Made by a program: the position numbers and the translations under genes
The notes under the pieces: model-generated
What the model was told of the DNA's origin: nothing
Seen by the model: the letters and a program-made list of their open reading frames with translations, nothing else
Database searches by the model: none
Shown here: piece after piece, positions 11,844-22,460 of the stretch
Numbering within the stretch: position 1 is the stretch's first letter
How the letters are laid out: every line of letters begins with the position of its first letter
Sequence record: MK250016.1
Reading direction: 5' to 3' (one strand)
Source of the DNA: Prevotella phage Lak-A1
DNA: 32,000 nt

Positions 11844-14800
11844 ATGAGTAATATAGATCAAAGAGATAAATTAGTTTTTTATACAGAAAAAGGATATGAA
11901 ATTCCCGTTGAAAAAACATATAGTATTCAATGGGAAATAATACCACATGTAAAGTTAAAATCATATTTTCTTCATAATCCAAAAGGTCATTTCATGTATG
12001 ATATTGATGATACAGATCATATATTAACTGTTGAATTTGATAATAAAGGTTTATTTAATTATGTTGATAATATAAAAGTTAATACTGGTATTATAAATAA
12101 TGAAACAGGAAATTCTGTAGAATTTACCATTAATAATATTACTGAATTAATATTGTTTAATAAAGAATATACATATAAAAAATCAAAAGGAACAATATTT
12201 AATAGAAATGAAAAACGTTGGGAGGAAGATTTTGATGTTCTTAAGGGAAATATTTATAATACAGTAAGATTAACATTTAATACATTGGTTGGTTCAATTA
12301 CATAGGATTATCCTGTAAATTATATATTCGAAACATGTACAGTAGAAAATAATAATAATTATAAAAATTTAACTAATTTAACACTTACATTATTAGATAA
12401 TAATAAAGAAGCGCTAGGTTAGAAAACATTTGTTAATTATCTTATTGTAAATAATTTTAATAATTATGAAGATTTATTTCCATGTGTAAGGTATATAGGT
12501 TCAATTACATAGGATAAAGTTTCTACAGAATTCGTTGCTGCCAGCACATTTATAATATTAGATGAAAATGGTGATAGACCTAATTTTAATATTGCAACAG
12601 ATGAATATTATTTAAAATTTGAATTTCAGAAAGATTCTGAAATGAAATTTATTTCATCTGATAGTGTTGCTAATATTATTTGGGAAGACTCACATGAAGT
12701 TAAGTCAAATATAACATAGGACGCACATAATCCTTTTGTTAAAGATACTAATATACCAATATATTTTTCTGTTGGTTTTCAGACAGCAGTAGAAGGATGC
12801 TATCAAAATATAATGGCAATGTATATTGTCAGCAATAAAACAAACAAGAAATATATTTTAGGTTTATTTACATTCTTAACTGAAGTAGTTGGTGAAGACG
12901 AAAGATATAGAGCATTATTAGGAAATCTCGGTATACCAGATCCTGTAAAATATCCAAATATATTTAAATCATAGGATCCTGATGAACAAGGAGTTGATTG
13001 GACATTAATTAATGATAAGTCAAAAGAACTTATGATTAATTATGATAATATATTCCCATATGTTGGAACCTATAAAGCATTAATGGGAGCTATTAAATTC
13101 TTAGGATACGGTGATTTAATATTTAAAGAATGGTATAAAATAAAAGATTAGAATAATAAAGACAGATATGTAACTTTATAGACATATGATTTATAGAAAG
13201 GTGAATCTTTAAATACAAAGTTAAAGAAAATAGGTGTTACATACGGTGAATTCGAACGTTATAAAAAAATAAACAGATTATCAATGATATATCATCTTAA
13301 TGAAATAGATGATGAAACAGGCGAATATCTTGATATGTATACACGTCGTCTCGATAATCCAGCAAAAGATAATCCTACAACTGCACCAGAATCTGGTTTA
13401 TATAAAGCATCATATAAAGATACGCATCATTAGGATTTATCAGATAACTTTACATAGAAACAATCTGTATTTTTCTAGTTACCTATAACAAAAACTATTT
13501 ATGAATATAGAACAGATGAAATATTGGCAAAACTCTTTTCTGTTAAATAGTGGTTGGAAAAATATATTTTAGGAGTTAACTGTTTTATATCAGATATATG
13601 TGGAGAAGGTATAATAGTAGAACGTTTAAAAAATCAAGCTTATGTTACATAGCATCATCTTTAGGATATTACTACAATATCTAAAGTGACTCCAAAGATT
13701 ATAAAATATAATCCAAATATATATGTTTCACTTGATTCATCAAATAATGAAATTCATACAGATACTATATTAAATACATCTCATTTAGATTCATCAATAG
13801 ATGATGAATGTATCAATGATATTTTATTTAGAAATTCAACAGCAATATTAAGATGTTCATTAAATGAATTTGATTCTTTAACAATTGGTGATTATGATGA
13901 TTTCGAAATAGAAGATTTTATTATAGATACATCAACACCAAATGGTAGCATAGGAACTGTTTATATTTCCGCACCATTGGAAACATTAGTAACTGTAAAT
14001 GAATATCAATTTCAGTTAACAAATAAAAATGTATCTTCTGGAACACTTGCAGAATTTACAGATACAAGTTATATAAACAATCCTATTCTTATATAGGATA
14101 ATGAAATCTTATTTTATGATGATACAAAGAATTTCACAAAAATTGATAATAAAGAATTGCCTATTATAGAAATAACGCAAGGTAATTTAAGATACTGTCA
14201 TGGTGATTGGAAATCTAATATCGCTTATTCTATAAATGTTGTTTCTGATTAGAAATCAGGAAAAGAATATTATGCATTATATGAAACAGAAACAGATGAA
14301 CCTGTTTATAAAGATTTTCAGAAAGTTATTTTATACCCAATGGAATCAGAAAGACATTATGATAAGTATAAATTATATTGGGCATAGAGAACTGATAAGA
14401 AAATAAGTTCAAAACACTATAATGGATTAAATTCTGAATTTATATATACATCTTAGAATAAGTGGAATGTACCTCAGATTATTATTCGTAATTATAAATG
14501 TGGTAATAATGATGAATTACTTCCAGGCGATTATATTCTTGAAATTATAGAAGGACGTATATTATTCAGAAATAAACAATCTGATTTAAATATCAATAAT
14601 GGTAAAGCATATGGATGTGAATTAGAATTCGGTGAAGAATTAGAAAGTAGTGAACAACCTATTAATGTAAATTATACATATATGTCTGATAGAGTTCCTA
14701 TATATACTATAGATTCTTTAAATGATGTTTCAACATAGGAAGGTATAGAAAAATGTGTACATACAAACAAATATGTGGATGTTTCAGTAAATAGATTAGG

Positions 14801-17258
14801 TAATTATACAGTATCAGTAAATGCATATGATTATTATAATAATATATTTGTTAATCAGAGTGATGATATAACAACAGTTACAACAAAACCTATAAGTCTC
14901 GATATTATTCTTAATGAATCTGAATTAGTTAATAATAAAGATTTTTATCATTATAATGCTAAAGGTACTTATATGACTAATAGTGAAACTAATACATTAT
15001 TTGATAGTATTAATAAAAATGGAGATTATCCAATTTATCCATAGACATATAGAATATATGATATTGATCCTATTGTAGATAGTCCAAATACTATAGAATA
15101 TGATAATATATCTTATGCAATAGATACACCTAAACCTGGAAACTTTATTATATTTAATAACTTTACAGAACAAGTTTTAAATATAATAAAAACTAATGAT
15201 ATATATAAATTTACATTAGTTGATGAAAGTCCAAATAGAGAAATATTACAGAATTCATCTTATGTTGGTTTATGTATATATGATTGTATACAAAAAGATA
15301 TATTAGTTGATATATATCCGTTTGAAGTACAAAAATTCTATACATTTGATTCTTCAATAGTAGATTCATCATATTATCGTTTTGATGCAAATAATTCTTA
15401 TATAACAGTTAAAGACACATCTAATATGTTAAATGCTAGCGCATTTAAAGATATTTATGAAAAATCAATTGAATCCTCTGTTAATTCATCAATTAATTCA
15501 TCTGCATTTTTTACAAATTCTATAAATGCATATGTATATACTGCTAATGAACATGTATTTGAACCAAATGATGAAATAATATTAGATACATCAAACTTAT
15601 TATCTTATATTCATACATTTAATAAAAAACAGTATTTTATGAAGAATTAGGTTATCAAAATTTGTTATGCAGATGAAACAGTCATACATAATGATTATAC
15701 TGATAAAGCTATAGATAATGAAACTGCATATCGTATTATTAATGTTAATCAAAATGAAGATAAAACATTTACATATACAATAAATGGTTTAATAGATCTT
15801 GATAAACTTAATAATAAGTTATATCATAATAATGCATGTAGAGATATGAGTACAGGTGGTAAGTTAATTACTAAGAATCCTTATAAATTAAAGATGTGTC
15901 CTGTACATTTAAGAGCTGCATAGTATGTATTACGTGTAAATGGTTATGGTGAGGAATTTACATCAAGATATAACAAAGGTGTAGTTTAGAGAACAACTGT
16001 AACATATGATCCAAAATCATTATTATTTGATAGTTATCTTGATACAACTTATTCTGCATAGATATTTGATTATGATCCTAAATTATTATAGAATATATGG
16101 ATAAATGCAAAAGATCAATATGAAGATGAAACTCTTTATATCTATAGAGATAAACCTGTTACAATATCAAAAGGTAGAAATATTATATTAAGACCTGATA
16201 CTTTATAGAATATATTATCTGAAAAGTTTAATGATACATCTGTACCATTAAGAATTCATTGGAATTGGAAATCTTATATTATAGATGATCATGAAACATT
16301 TGAATCAGAACAAGGCTTAATAGATAAACAAGTTGTATTTAAATCTGCAAATAAAATATTATCAATTAAACCTGAATTATTAGGGTCTCAATCACCTAAT
16401 ATGATATGTTGTGATGTATATGGAAATCGTGTTATAAATGAAGCAGATGGATTTGTATATGTAGATGCAGATGGAAGTAATAATACTGTTGGTAAATTCG
16501 AAGAAGGTACAAGAAATATTATGTATAAAGATGTATTTATTGTTGGTTTTGATGTATAGTTTAGTCCATTAAATACATTATCTACATATGGAGAAACTGC
16601 AACATATACAATAAGTGAAACTGGTTCTTCAAATGAAAATACAAATAATATATCATTTAAATATAAGATATATTATAGTGATGGTACTATTGTTGAAGAT
16701 AAAGGATGTAATTGTAATTTACTTACATAGAAAGGAAATGTTTCTAAAACAAATAAGGTTAAATTTACAGTTAAAGAAGCAACAGAATCACATAAATCTA
16801 AAGTTGGTGAATTACAATGTAAATTAACTATTGATAAAAAATCAGATAGAGATATTATTCAACATGAACAAATTCATACATTAGATATTAAACAATATGG
16901 TACATCAATAACAACAAATATATATGATTTATCATTTAATGTAAAAGATATTCCGTCAGAAGGATTAGATAATATAGAAGAATATATTATTAGAGATTAT
17001 ATTAAAGATATAAAATATACATTAATAAGAAGTGAAGGTGAAATAGAATAGATAGAATCGCCAACATTTGAAAATTCAATGTTAAAAATAAAAGGCTTTA
17101 AAATAATTCATAATCAACGAGGAATAACCAATAATATACCGGAAAACAAATCAGGTAGAAAAGAGATAGGTATTTTACAATTAACAGTATAGTTTAATGT
17201 ACATGGTATTTAGAATGATATAGAAACAACAGGAATGTGTTCTATATATCAATTATAA
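11844..17258 (+). CDS. Giant baseplate/virion structural protein (~1804 aa), amber-recoded
   Basis: Track ORFs 11844..12305, 13686..14096, 14775..15044 and 15426..15650 are all in one frame. Hand translation finds dozens of TAGs but no TAA/TGA until TAA 17256-17258. By position a gp7-like wedge protein is possible. Confidence 0.8.
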
Positions 17259-17260
17259 TA

Positions 17261-17301
17261 AAAAAGACTGAAGGATTTTGCGATTATCCTTCAGTCTTTT
17301 T
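17261..17301. terminator. Bidirectional intrinsic terminator between convergent late genes
   Basis: aaaaagactgaaggat (17261-17276) pairs with atccttcagtcttttt (17286-17301), with A and T tracts on both sides. Confidence 0.85.
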
Positions 17302-17997
17302 ACTTTCTTCAAATTTCTTTCTATATATTTCTTTTTTCCAGTCTTGTACTTTTAATGTAGTATCTTTAGTTGAAGTTTCACGTAAATCCATATTACTTTC
17401 ATTATGAGATTGCTTTACTTCTTCATATGTAACTTGCTATGGTTCCTGATTTGTTATAGTTGGTTTTAATTTACGATTAACTCCATTATCTTCAGCAATA
17501 AGGTCTTCATCCTCTTTATGTTGTAGATCAAGATATGTATCAATATAGTATTTTCTAAATTGATTTTGCATTTCATTAATCTACTTATTAAAATCTTTAG
17601 CAATAGACATTAATTTTGTATATGAATCAAATAATTTTGCAGATGTATCTCCTTTTGAAATTGTATCCATAATTACTTTAATCATAACATTATTCATGCT
17701 CTACTGATAGTAAAGTTGACCAAGCTAATCAGCATCCTATAATATTTTATCTTTAATAATAGGATTTTCCTAATATGCAGCAGGTACAATTGTATTAACA
17801 ATCTATTTAACTGATTTTAAAGCTTTCGCAGTATCTGCAGACATTACTTCTTCATGTTCAACAACAAATATCGGATCCGGTTCTTGAAGCTCATCAGGAA
17901 TATCTGTATCTATATCATTAGCATCATAATTTCCTGGTTGTGATGAAGCAGCTGCAGCTAAACTACCTAACTAACTCGCTATATCTTTTGCTTTCAT
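17284..17997 (-). CDS. Possible small terminase (gp16-like) subunit (~237 aa), amber-recoded
   Basis: Open frame MKAKDIAS...TAKLFDSYTKLMSIAKDFNKQINEMQNQFRKYY... with several in-frame TAGs, not represented in the track. The functional call rests only on weak resemblance to the C-terminal pattern of T4-like small terminases. Confidence 0.35.
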
Positions 17998-18018
17998 TTT
18001 TCTTTAATTAAATTATTT

Positions 18019-19116
18019 TTAAACTAATGTAGATATAAACTTTTGCATATTCTTATATGTATGTAAATATTTTGGAGCAATTTTTTTATATACATAATGC
18101 ATGTAGTAATCATTAATAAATGCGCTTAATTTTGTTCCAAATGTTTTATAATCAACAGCATCTGTAAAATAGTTTATATAATTCTTATCAAATAAATCAT
18201 TCATCTGTTTAATTGTTTTATCAGATGGATTACATTCATTTAATGTATTTGTTATATAATAAAATAATTTTATAGGATCTTGTCCACATAATCCATTTAT
18301 TGCTTGCGAATAATTACCGAATGTTTTATATACAATAGCATAACTGTAAATAAAACATGCATAATCATTATTATTCAATGCAGGAGTTTCTATATATTTT
18401 AATATATCATCTTTAGTTGCATTTGGATTCTTTTTTGTATATACCATCATATTTTGAACAAATGAATGATACCATGCATTTAATTCAGTTGGTTGTGAAA
18501 CATAAAGAAAAGTTTTTAATGATTTATATGTTGTATCATTCTTTAATAATGCTTCTTTTATTTTTTCTTTAAATACTTGATTGTTAATATCAAATTCATC
18601 AGCTATTAATGTAATATGAAGTAATTCTTTTAATGGACCTCCAAATACGCCCATTATATTATCATAATAATGTCTAAGTTCATGATATACATATTCTTTA
18701 AGTTCATCTGTTAATTCTTCTTTATTACCTGTATAACCTTTAAAAGTATTATAGTTAATATAAATATAACCACAATTATTTTTCTTTTTATCTACTGTAG
18801 AATCAACAGGTGAATAAAATGCGGCTTCATCATCATCAATAAATCCTTGAAATTTATAAGATGTATTAACTTTATCTGTATCTATATTAACTAATATAAC
18901 TTTAATAAAACCTAATTTAGGATTATCTAAATCAAATGTAAATGTATGATAAAGAAAACCTTCAAGATCTTTCACATTAGGTTTACCTTTTACTTCGTAA
19001 TTAGTATCCCAATGAATATCAGGAGATGTCATAAATTCAACCATTGAATTTACAACATTATCTAAATTAAATTGTTTCTAATCGATATATCCTATTTTTT
19101 CTGTAATTGATTTCAT
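18019..19116 (-). CDS. Putative zinc metallopeptidase-like late protein (~365 aa)
   Basis: Track ORF 18019..19044 extended through one TAG to an ATG at 19116 (MKSITEKIGYIDQKQFN...). Contains YVYHELRHYYDN, an HExxH motif. Confidence 0.5.
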
Positions 19117-19159
19117 AATAATTAACTTTATTTATAATGTATTTATTTCTATTAAAAAG

Positions 19160-19200
19160 AAAAGAGATAACAGAATAATGTATAAACTGTTATCTCTTTT
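19160..19200 (-). terminator. Intrinsic terminator
   Basis: 14-bp perfect stem aaaagagataacag / ctgttatctctttt, followed on the minus strand by a T-rich tract, downstream of the gene ending at 19212. Confidence 0.8.
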
Positions 19201-19211
19201 ATATCGTATTA

Positions 19212-19589
19212 TTACTTCAATAATTTTAGATGTCTTACATAATTTTGAGGAATCTTATAACATGCAATTGCTGTTATTTGATTATTCAAATCAGGTTCTT
19301 TGAATACACTCATTTCTTCATCTTTACTAATATATAATCTTCTTTTCATTTGATTAATGAAGTTATCAAGATCACATGATAAGTAAACTACTGTATCATT
19401 TTGCCATTCACTATTTGGATGTTCAATCAGAAACTGCGCTATTGCATGTCCACCTTGAACTGCTCCATAAATAGGAACTAATTTATTACTTACTAAAACA
19501 TAAAGTTTTTTATTTGTTTCTAATTCATGTGGAACAAATTGTTTTTTTTTATTAATGATTTTTTTAATTATTAATTTTACTTTCCTCAT
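19212..19589 (-). CDS. Peptidyl-tRNA hydrolase 2 (PTH2)-like protein (125 aa)
   Basis: KLYVLVSNKLVPIYGAVQGGHAIAQFLIEHP...WQNDTVVYL...FKEPDLNNQITAIAC matches the PTH2 fold signature as recalled (AVQ-GHA--QFL, EPDL---TA-A). Confidence 0.65.
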   Translation of the reverse strand: MRKVKLIIKKIINKKKQFVPHELETNKKLYVLVSNKLVPIYGAVQGGHAIAQFLIEHPNSEWQNDTVVYLSCDLDNFINQMKRRLYISKDEEMSVFKEPDLNNQITAIACYKIPQNYVRHLKLLK

Positions 19590-19950
19590 AATTAGAAGCT
19601 TTATATTTTTTTATTAATTGCTGTATTCTCTTATAAAGATAATAATATTCATTAGTAAATGTTTGATATGAAAACATATAATGTTTTTTATATGTTTCAT
19701 TACAGTATACTAAATATTTTTTTTGTTCATCTAAATTAAGATTATGTTTAACAATATAATATGCAACATTTATTGCATGTATATCTTCTAATGTTTCTTC
19801 TAACTTAGATTTAGCATTACTTGTTTCTTCAAGATTATAATTTTCATCTTTTGATGATCTATTAGCAATTAATTTTAATTCTTTTCTTTTTGCTATTTCA
19901 GATTTAAGATATTTCTTAAATTCAATTAAATTTTCATTAAGTGTTTTCAT
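19564..19950 (-). CDS. Hypothetical protein (128 aa)
   Basis: Track ORF, no in-frame TAG, 3' end overlaps the PTH2-like ORF start. Confidence 0.55.
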   Translation of the reverse strand: MKTLNENLIEFKKYLKSEIAKRKELKLIANRSSKDENYNLEETSNAKSKLEETLEDIHAINVAYYIVKHNLNLDEQKKYLVYCNETYKKHYMFSYQTFTNEYYYLYKRIQQLIKKYKASNYEESKINN

Positions 19951-20096
19951 TTTCTTCTTTAATTTGTTTTATTTTTATAATAGTGTAATAATTATTTTAA
20001 ATCAAAAATAAACAAATTAAAGGTGAACCTCTACTTAATGTAACTTACCAATGTTGAAGTTTCATAATTTTCTTTTTATCATTTTTTAAAAAAATT

Positions 20097-20186
20097 AGTA
20101 GAATGATAGAATTTGATTCGCACAAATTTTCCTGTCTTTGAGATCTCTACACAGATTTTATCGATTATTAAACTACTATCTCTACT
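20097..20186. ncRNA. Possible structured RNA or degenerate tRNA-like element
   Basis: Closing helix agtaga-at-gatag (20097-20109) / ctatctctact (20176-20186) with a 2-nt bulge. Internal hairpin aatttg-attcgca-caaatt (20110-20128). Lies next to the tRNA. Confidence 0.3.
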
Positions 20187-20204
20187 TCTGTTTGCAAACC
20201 ATTG

Positions 20205-20276
20205 TGCTCTATACAGGGATCGAACCCGTGATCTGGAAGTTTAAAATTTCCTGCTGTACCGCTTAGCTAATAGAGC
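20205..20276 (-). tRNA. Suppressor-type tRNA, apparent anticodon UUA (could read UAG by wobble)
   Basis: Minus strand GCTCTAT TA GCTAAGCGGTACAGC A GGAAA TTTTAAA CTTCC AGATC ACGGG TTCGATC CCTGT ATAGAGC A: 7-bp acceptor stem, D arm, anticodon arm, T arm, discriminator A. Anticodon TTA at 20242-20244. Confidence 0.85.
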
Positions 20277-20352
20277 AATTAAAAATAATCATTACTTCTA
20301 ATAAAATAATGTAATGATTATTTTATTTTTAAAAATTAAACACTGTTTATTA

Positions 20353-20532
20353 TTACTTTGTCTTTGAAGCCTCAATAGACTCCTTACGGAATGTCTTAAG
20401 CAACTTCTCAATTGCAAGAGAAGCCTTACGTGCACGCTGACCAGCTGCCTTATTACCCTTATCTGTCTGTGCAGTTGCATCTGCCTGGAAAGCTGCAAAT
20501 GCCTCATTAATACTTGTCAAAATCTCATTCAT
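20353..20532 (-). CDS. Histone H1-like (Hc1-like) small basic protein (59 aa)
   Basis: MNEILTSINEAFAAFQADATAQTDKGNKAAGQRARKASLAIEKLLKTFRKESIEASKTK, TAA stop. Below the track's length cutoff. Resembles the Bacteroidota histone-H1-like family. Confidence 0.75.
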   Translation of the reverse strand: MNEILTSINEAFAAFQADATAQTDKGNKAAGQRARKASLAIEKLLKTFRKESIEASKTK

Positions 20533-20548
20533 AATTGTTTTCTTAAAA

Positions 20549-20780
20549 TTAATTTTTATTTATGATTTTATTATTCTCCCATGTTTTGCTCCAATTTGCA
20601 TCTGTTTTTAAATGTTGAAAACGAACATATTTGCCTACATTCTTATCAAAATCATTATAATTAAAACTATCTGCATTTCGTACTACAAAACCTTCAACTT
20701 CTTGTGATTTATGTAAATCACAATAATCAGAGAATGCTTTAATAATATTCTTAATATTAAATAATTCACTTATAACATAT
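20549..20780 (-). pseudogene. C-terminal fragment of split RNA ligase
   Basis: ...ELFNIKNIIKAFSDYCDLHKSQEVEGFVVRNADSFNYNDFDKNVGKYVRFQHLKTDANWSKTWENNKIINKN*. Ligase motif IV (EGFVV) and motif V (KYV) present. No N-terminal half here. 5' boundary approximate. Confidence 0.75.
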
Positions 20781-22245
20781 ATAACTTTAATATTATATAT
20801 GACATATATATGATTTGTCTGAAGTGAATCTAGAAAACTACAGATTAAACTAATCTATAGAAAGTCTATATTTAATTTTAGACTTTTTGAAGAAGTAATA
20901 TAGTTCAATCAAATCCTTGTATGTAGGTTGTAAATTAAATTCTTCCAACGACTCAAGATACAACTTATTAAACATACTCAAATTCGGTCTTATTATATTC
21001 TTTTTAATTTCTTTTGTTTTACTTATATATTGATTATAAAACTCATAACCACGCCTACCTATTTCTATTGATGCTAATATCATATCAGGTAAATTTAATG
21101 AACGATATAGAAAATTACCAATAAAACTTGAATATTCTGGTTTAACTTTTAATAACTTAATATTATGAATATTACAACGTTTAGTTAAATTATTCACAAA
21201 TGTTGTTCTACACCATGAATTATTAACCAATTTATTAAAATATACACCTAAATCTTTATCTGAAGTTTTGATATTTAAATTCTCTATAGAAATAAGTTGA
21301 CATTTATAATATATAGATTTATTAATTATATTCTTTACAATTTGTAAAGTCTCATAATTTCTCTTATCTGAAATATATTTTCTTTCATTTGAATCAGATG
21401 AATATCCTTTATTCTTTAAATTAAAATCTTTATCATTCAATTTTTTAATTGAATAAATACCTGATTTGATAACATCAAATTCATTTTCAGATTTCCAATC
21501 AACAATAGACCATCCTATATAATTAGGATTTAAATCCAAAGATAGTACTCTATTTTTTATAAATTTAGTTTCATAATTATAAACATCATTTTCTTCAAAT
21601 ATCACATAAATATATTCTAAATCTAATTTATATGCAATCTTTATTTCTTTTCTTTCTTGTTTCTAATATAGTTTAGATAATATCTACTTTCTTTTATTTA
21701 ATCCAATTAACCATAAATTTATTTTTGTATGTTTATTTGGTTTAAATATAATATTTTCTAAATCTTGTTCTATGTGAAATTTTCTATTTCCTTTAACTGA
21801 TTTATTAACTATTTCACCTATTGAATATAAAGCCGATAATCTTTTCTACTTAAACTATTCTTTTGAAATATTGTTCTTTAATCTCTAAAAATAATTCTTC
21901 TTACTGCCAAATATAATTTTCTATTTCTTTGGTATATCATAGAAAGAACATTGAATAAACCAACTATCTAACAAATATATATTGTTTAATGTTTTTATTT
22001 GTTGTTTTATATCTTTCTAAGATTTACCTTCCTATACTCTATTGTATACAAAATGCTGTACAGAACTATACTATTTCATATAATTCCGTATAATATCTAA
22101 TGATTGTTCATCCGTTCGATATTTAATCTTTAATACTTGCATTTTTAATTGTATATAATATTATATTCTTTTATTATTTATCTGAATAATTTTAAAAAAT
22201 AATAAATTCTTATAAAATATAAATTATAAGGTATTATTATATTTT
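20781..22245 (-). mobile_element. Insertion carrying a divergent TnpB-like gene, interrupting the RNA ligase gene (boundaries approximate)
   Basis: Lies between the middle and C-terminal ligase fragments. A hairpin-forming sequence (cttataa...ttataag on the strand of the gene) lies at its 5' end. Confidence 0.6.
20793..22142 (-). CDS. TnpB/OrfB-like RuvC-domain protein (~449 aa), 11 in-frame TAGs by hand count, no obvious zinc finger
   Basis: MQVLKIKYRTDEQSLDIIRNYMKQYSSVQHFVYNRVQEG...; RuvC-like VLSLDLNPNYIGWSIVDW, LISIENLNI, VKPEYSSFIGN...LPDMILASIEIGRRG. The frame includes track ORF 20850..21605. TAA at 20793-20795. Confidence 0.75.
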
Positions 22246-22444
22246 ATACACGCCTCTGTATATTTCGTCTACTATTTTGATATTATTTTTTTCACAAAAT
22301 GAAACTGTTTTATCCCATGATAAACAATTATTTTTATCATCGTATATAGAAAAACATTGAAACAATTCATTCACATTTTTAAATGTATATGATATAGAAT
22401 GTTTTGCCTGCATGTTTTCACCACATACTCGATAACCGTCAGGA
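22246..22444 (-). pseudogene. Middle fragment of split RNA ligase
   Basis: LIPDGYRVCGENMQAKHSISYTFKNVNELFQCFSIYDDKNNCLSWDKTVSFCEKNNIKIVDEIYRGVY; includes a GENMQAKHSI / FSIYD segment typical of phage Rnl-type ligases. Confidence 0.75.
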
Positions 22445-22455
22445 ATTAAATAACA
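22445..22455. repeat. 11-bp direct repeat copy, attaaataaca
   Basis: Identical to 23814-23824; brackets the tnpB insertion. Confidence 0.8.
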
Positions 22456-22460
22456 GTATG

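Noticed and set aside
407-15650. Track ORFs in the late block treated as many separate short genes or a field of pseudogenes
   Set aside because: The fragments fall in common frames, are separated only by TAG, and give family-consistent proteins across the TAGs (S74, gp6-like, gp25-like). Recoding explains this far better than mass decay.
20242-20244. Calling the tRNA as tRNA-Leu(UAA)
   Set aside because: That needs the anticodon register shifted by one. The 7-nt loop closed by the GGAA/TTCC stem places TTA, not TAA, at 34-36, and there is no long variable arm as expected for tRNA-Leu.
20298-20507. Track ORF MRHLQLSRQMQLHRQ... as a real protein
   Set aside because: Out-of-frame shadow of the histone H1-like gene at 20353-20532, with low-complexity composition.
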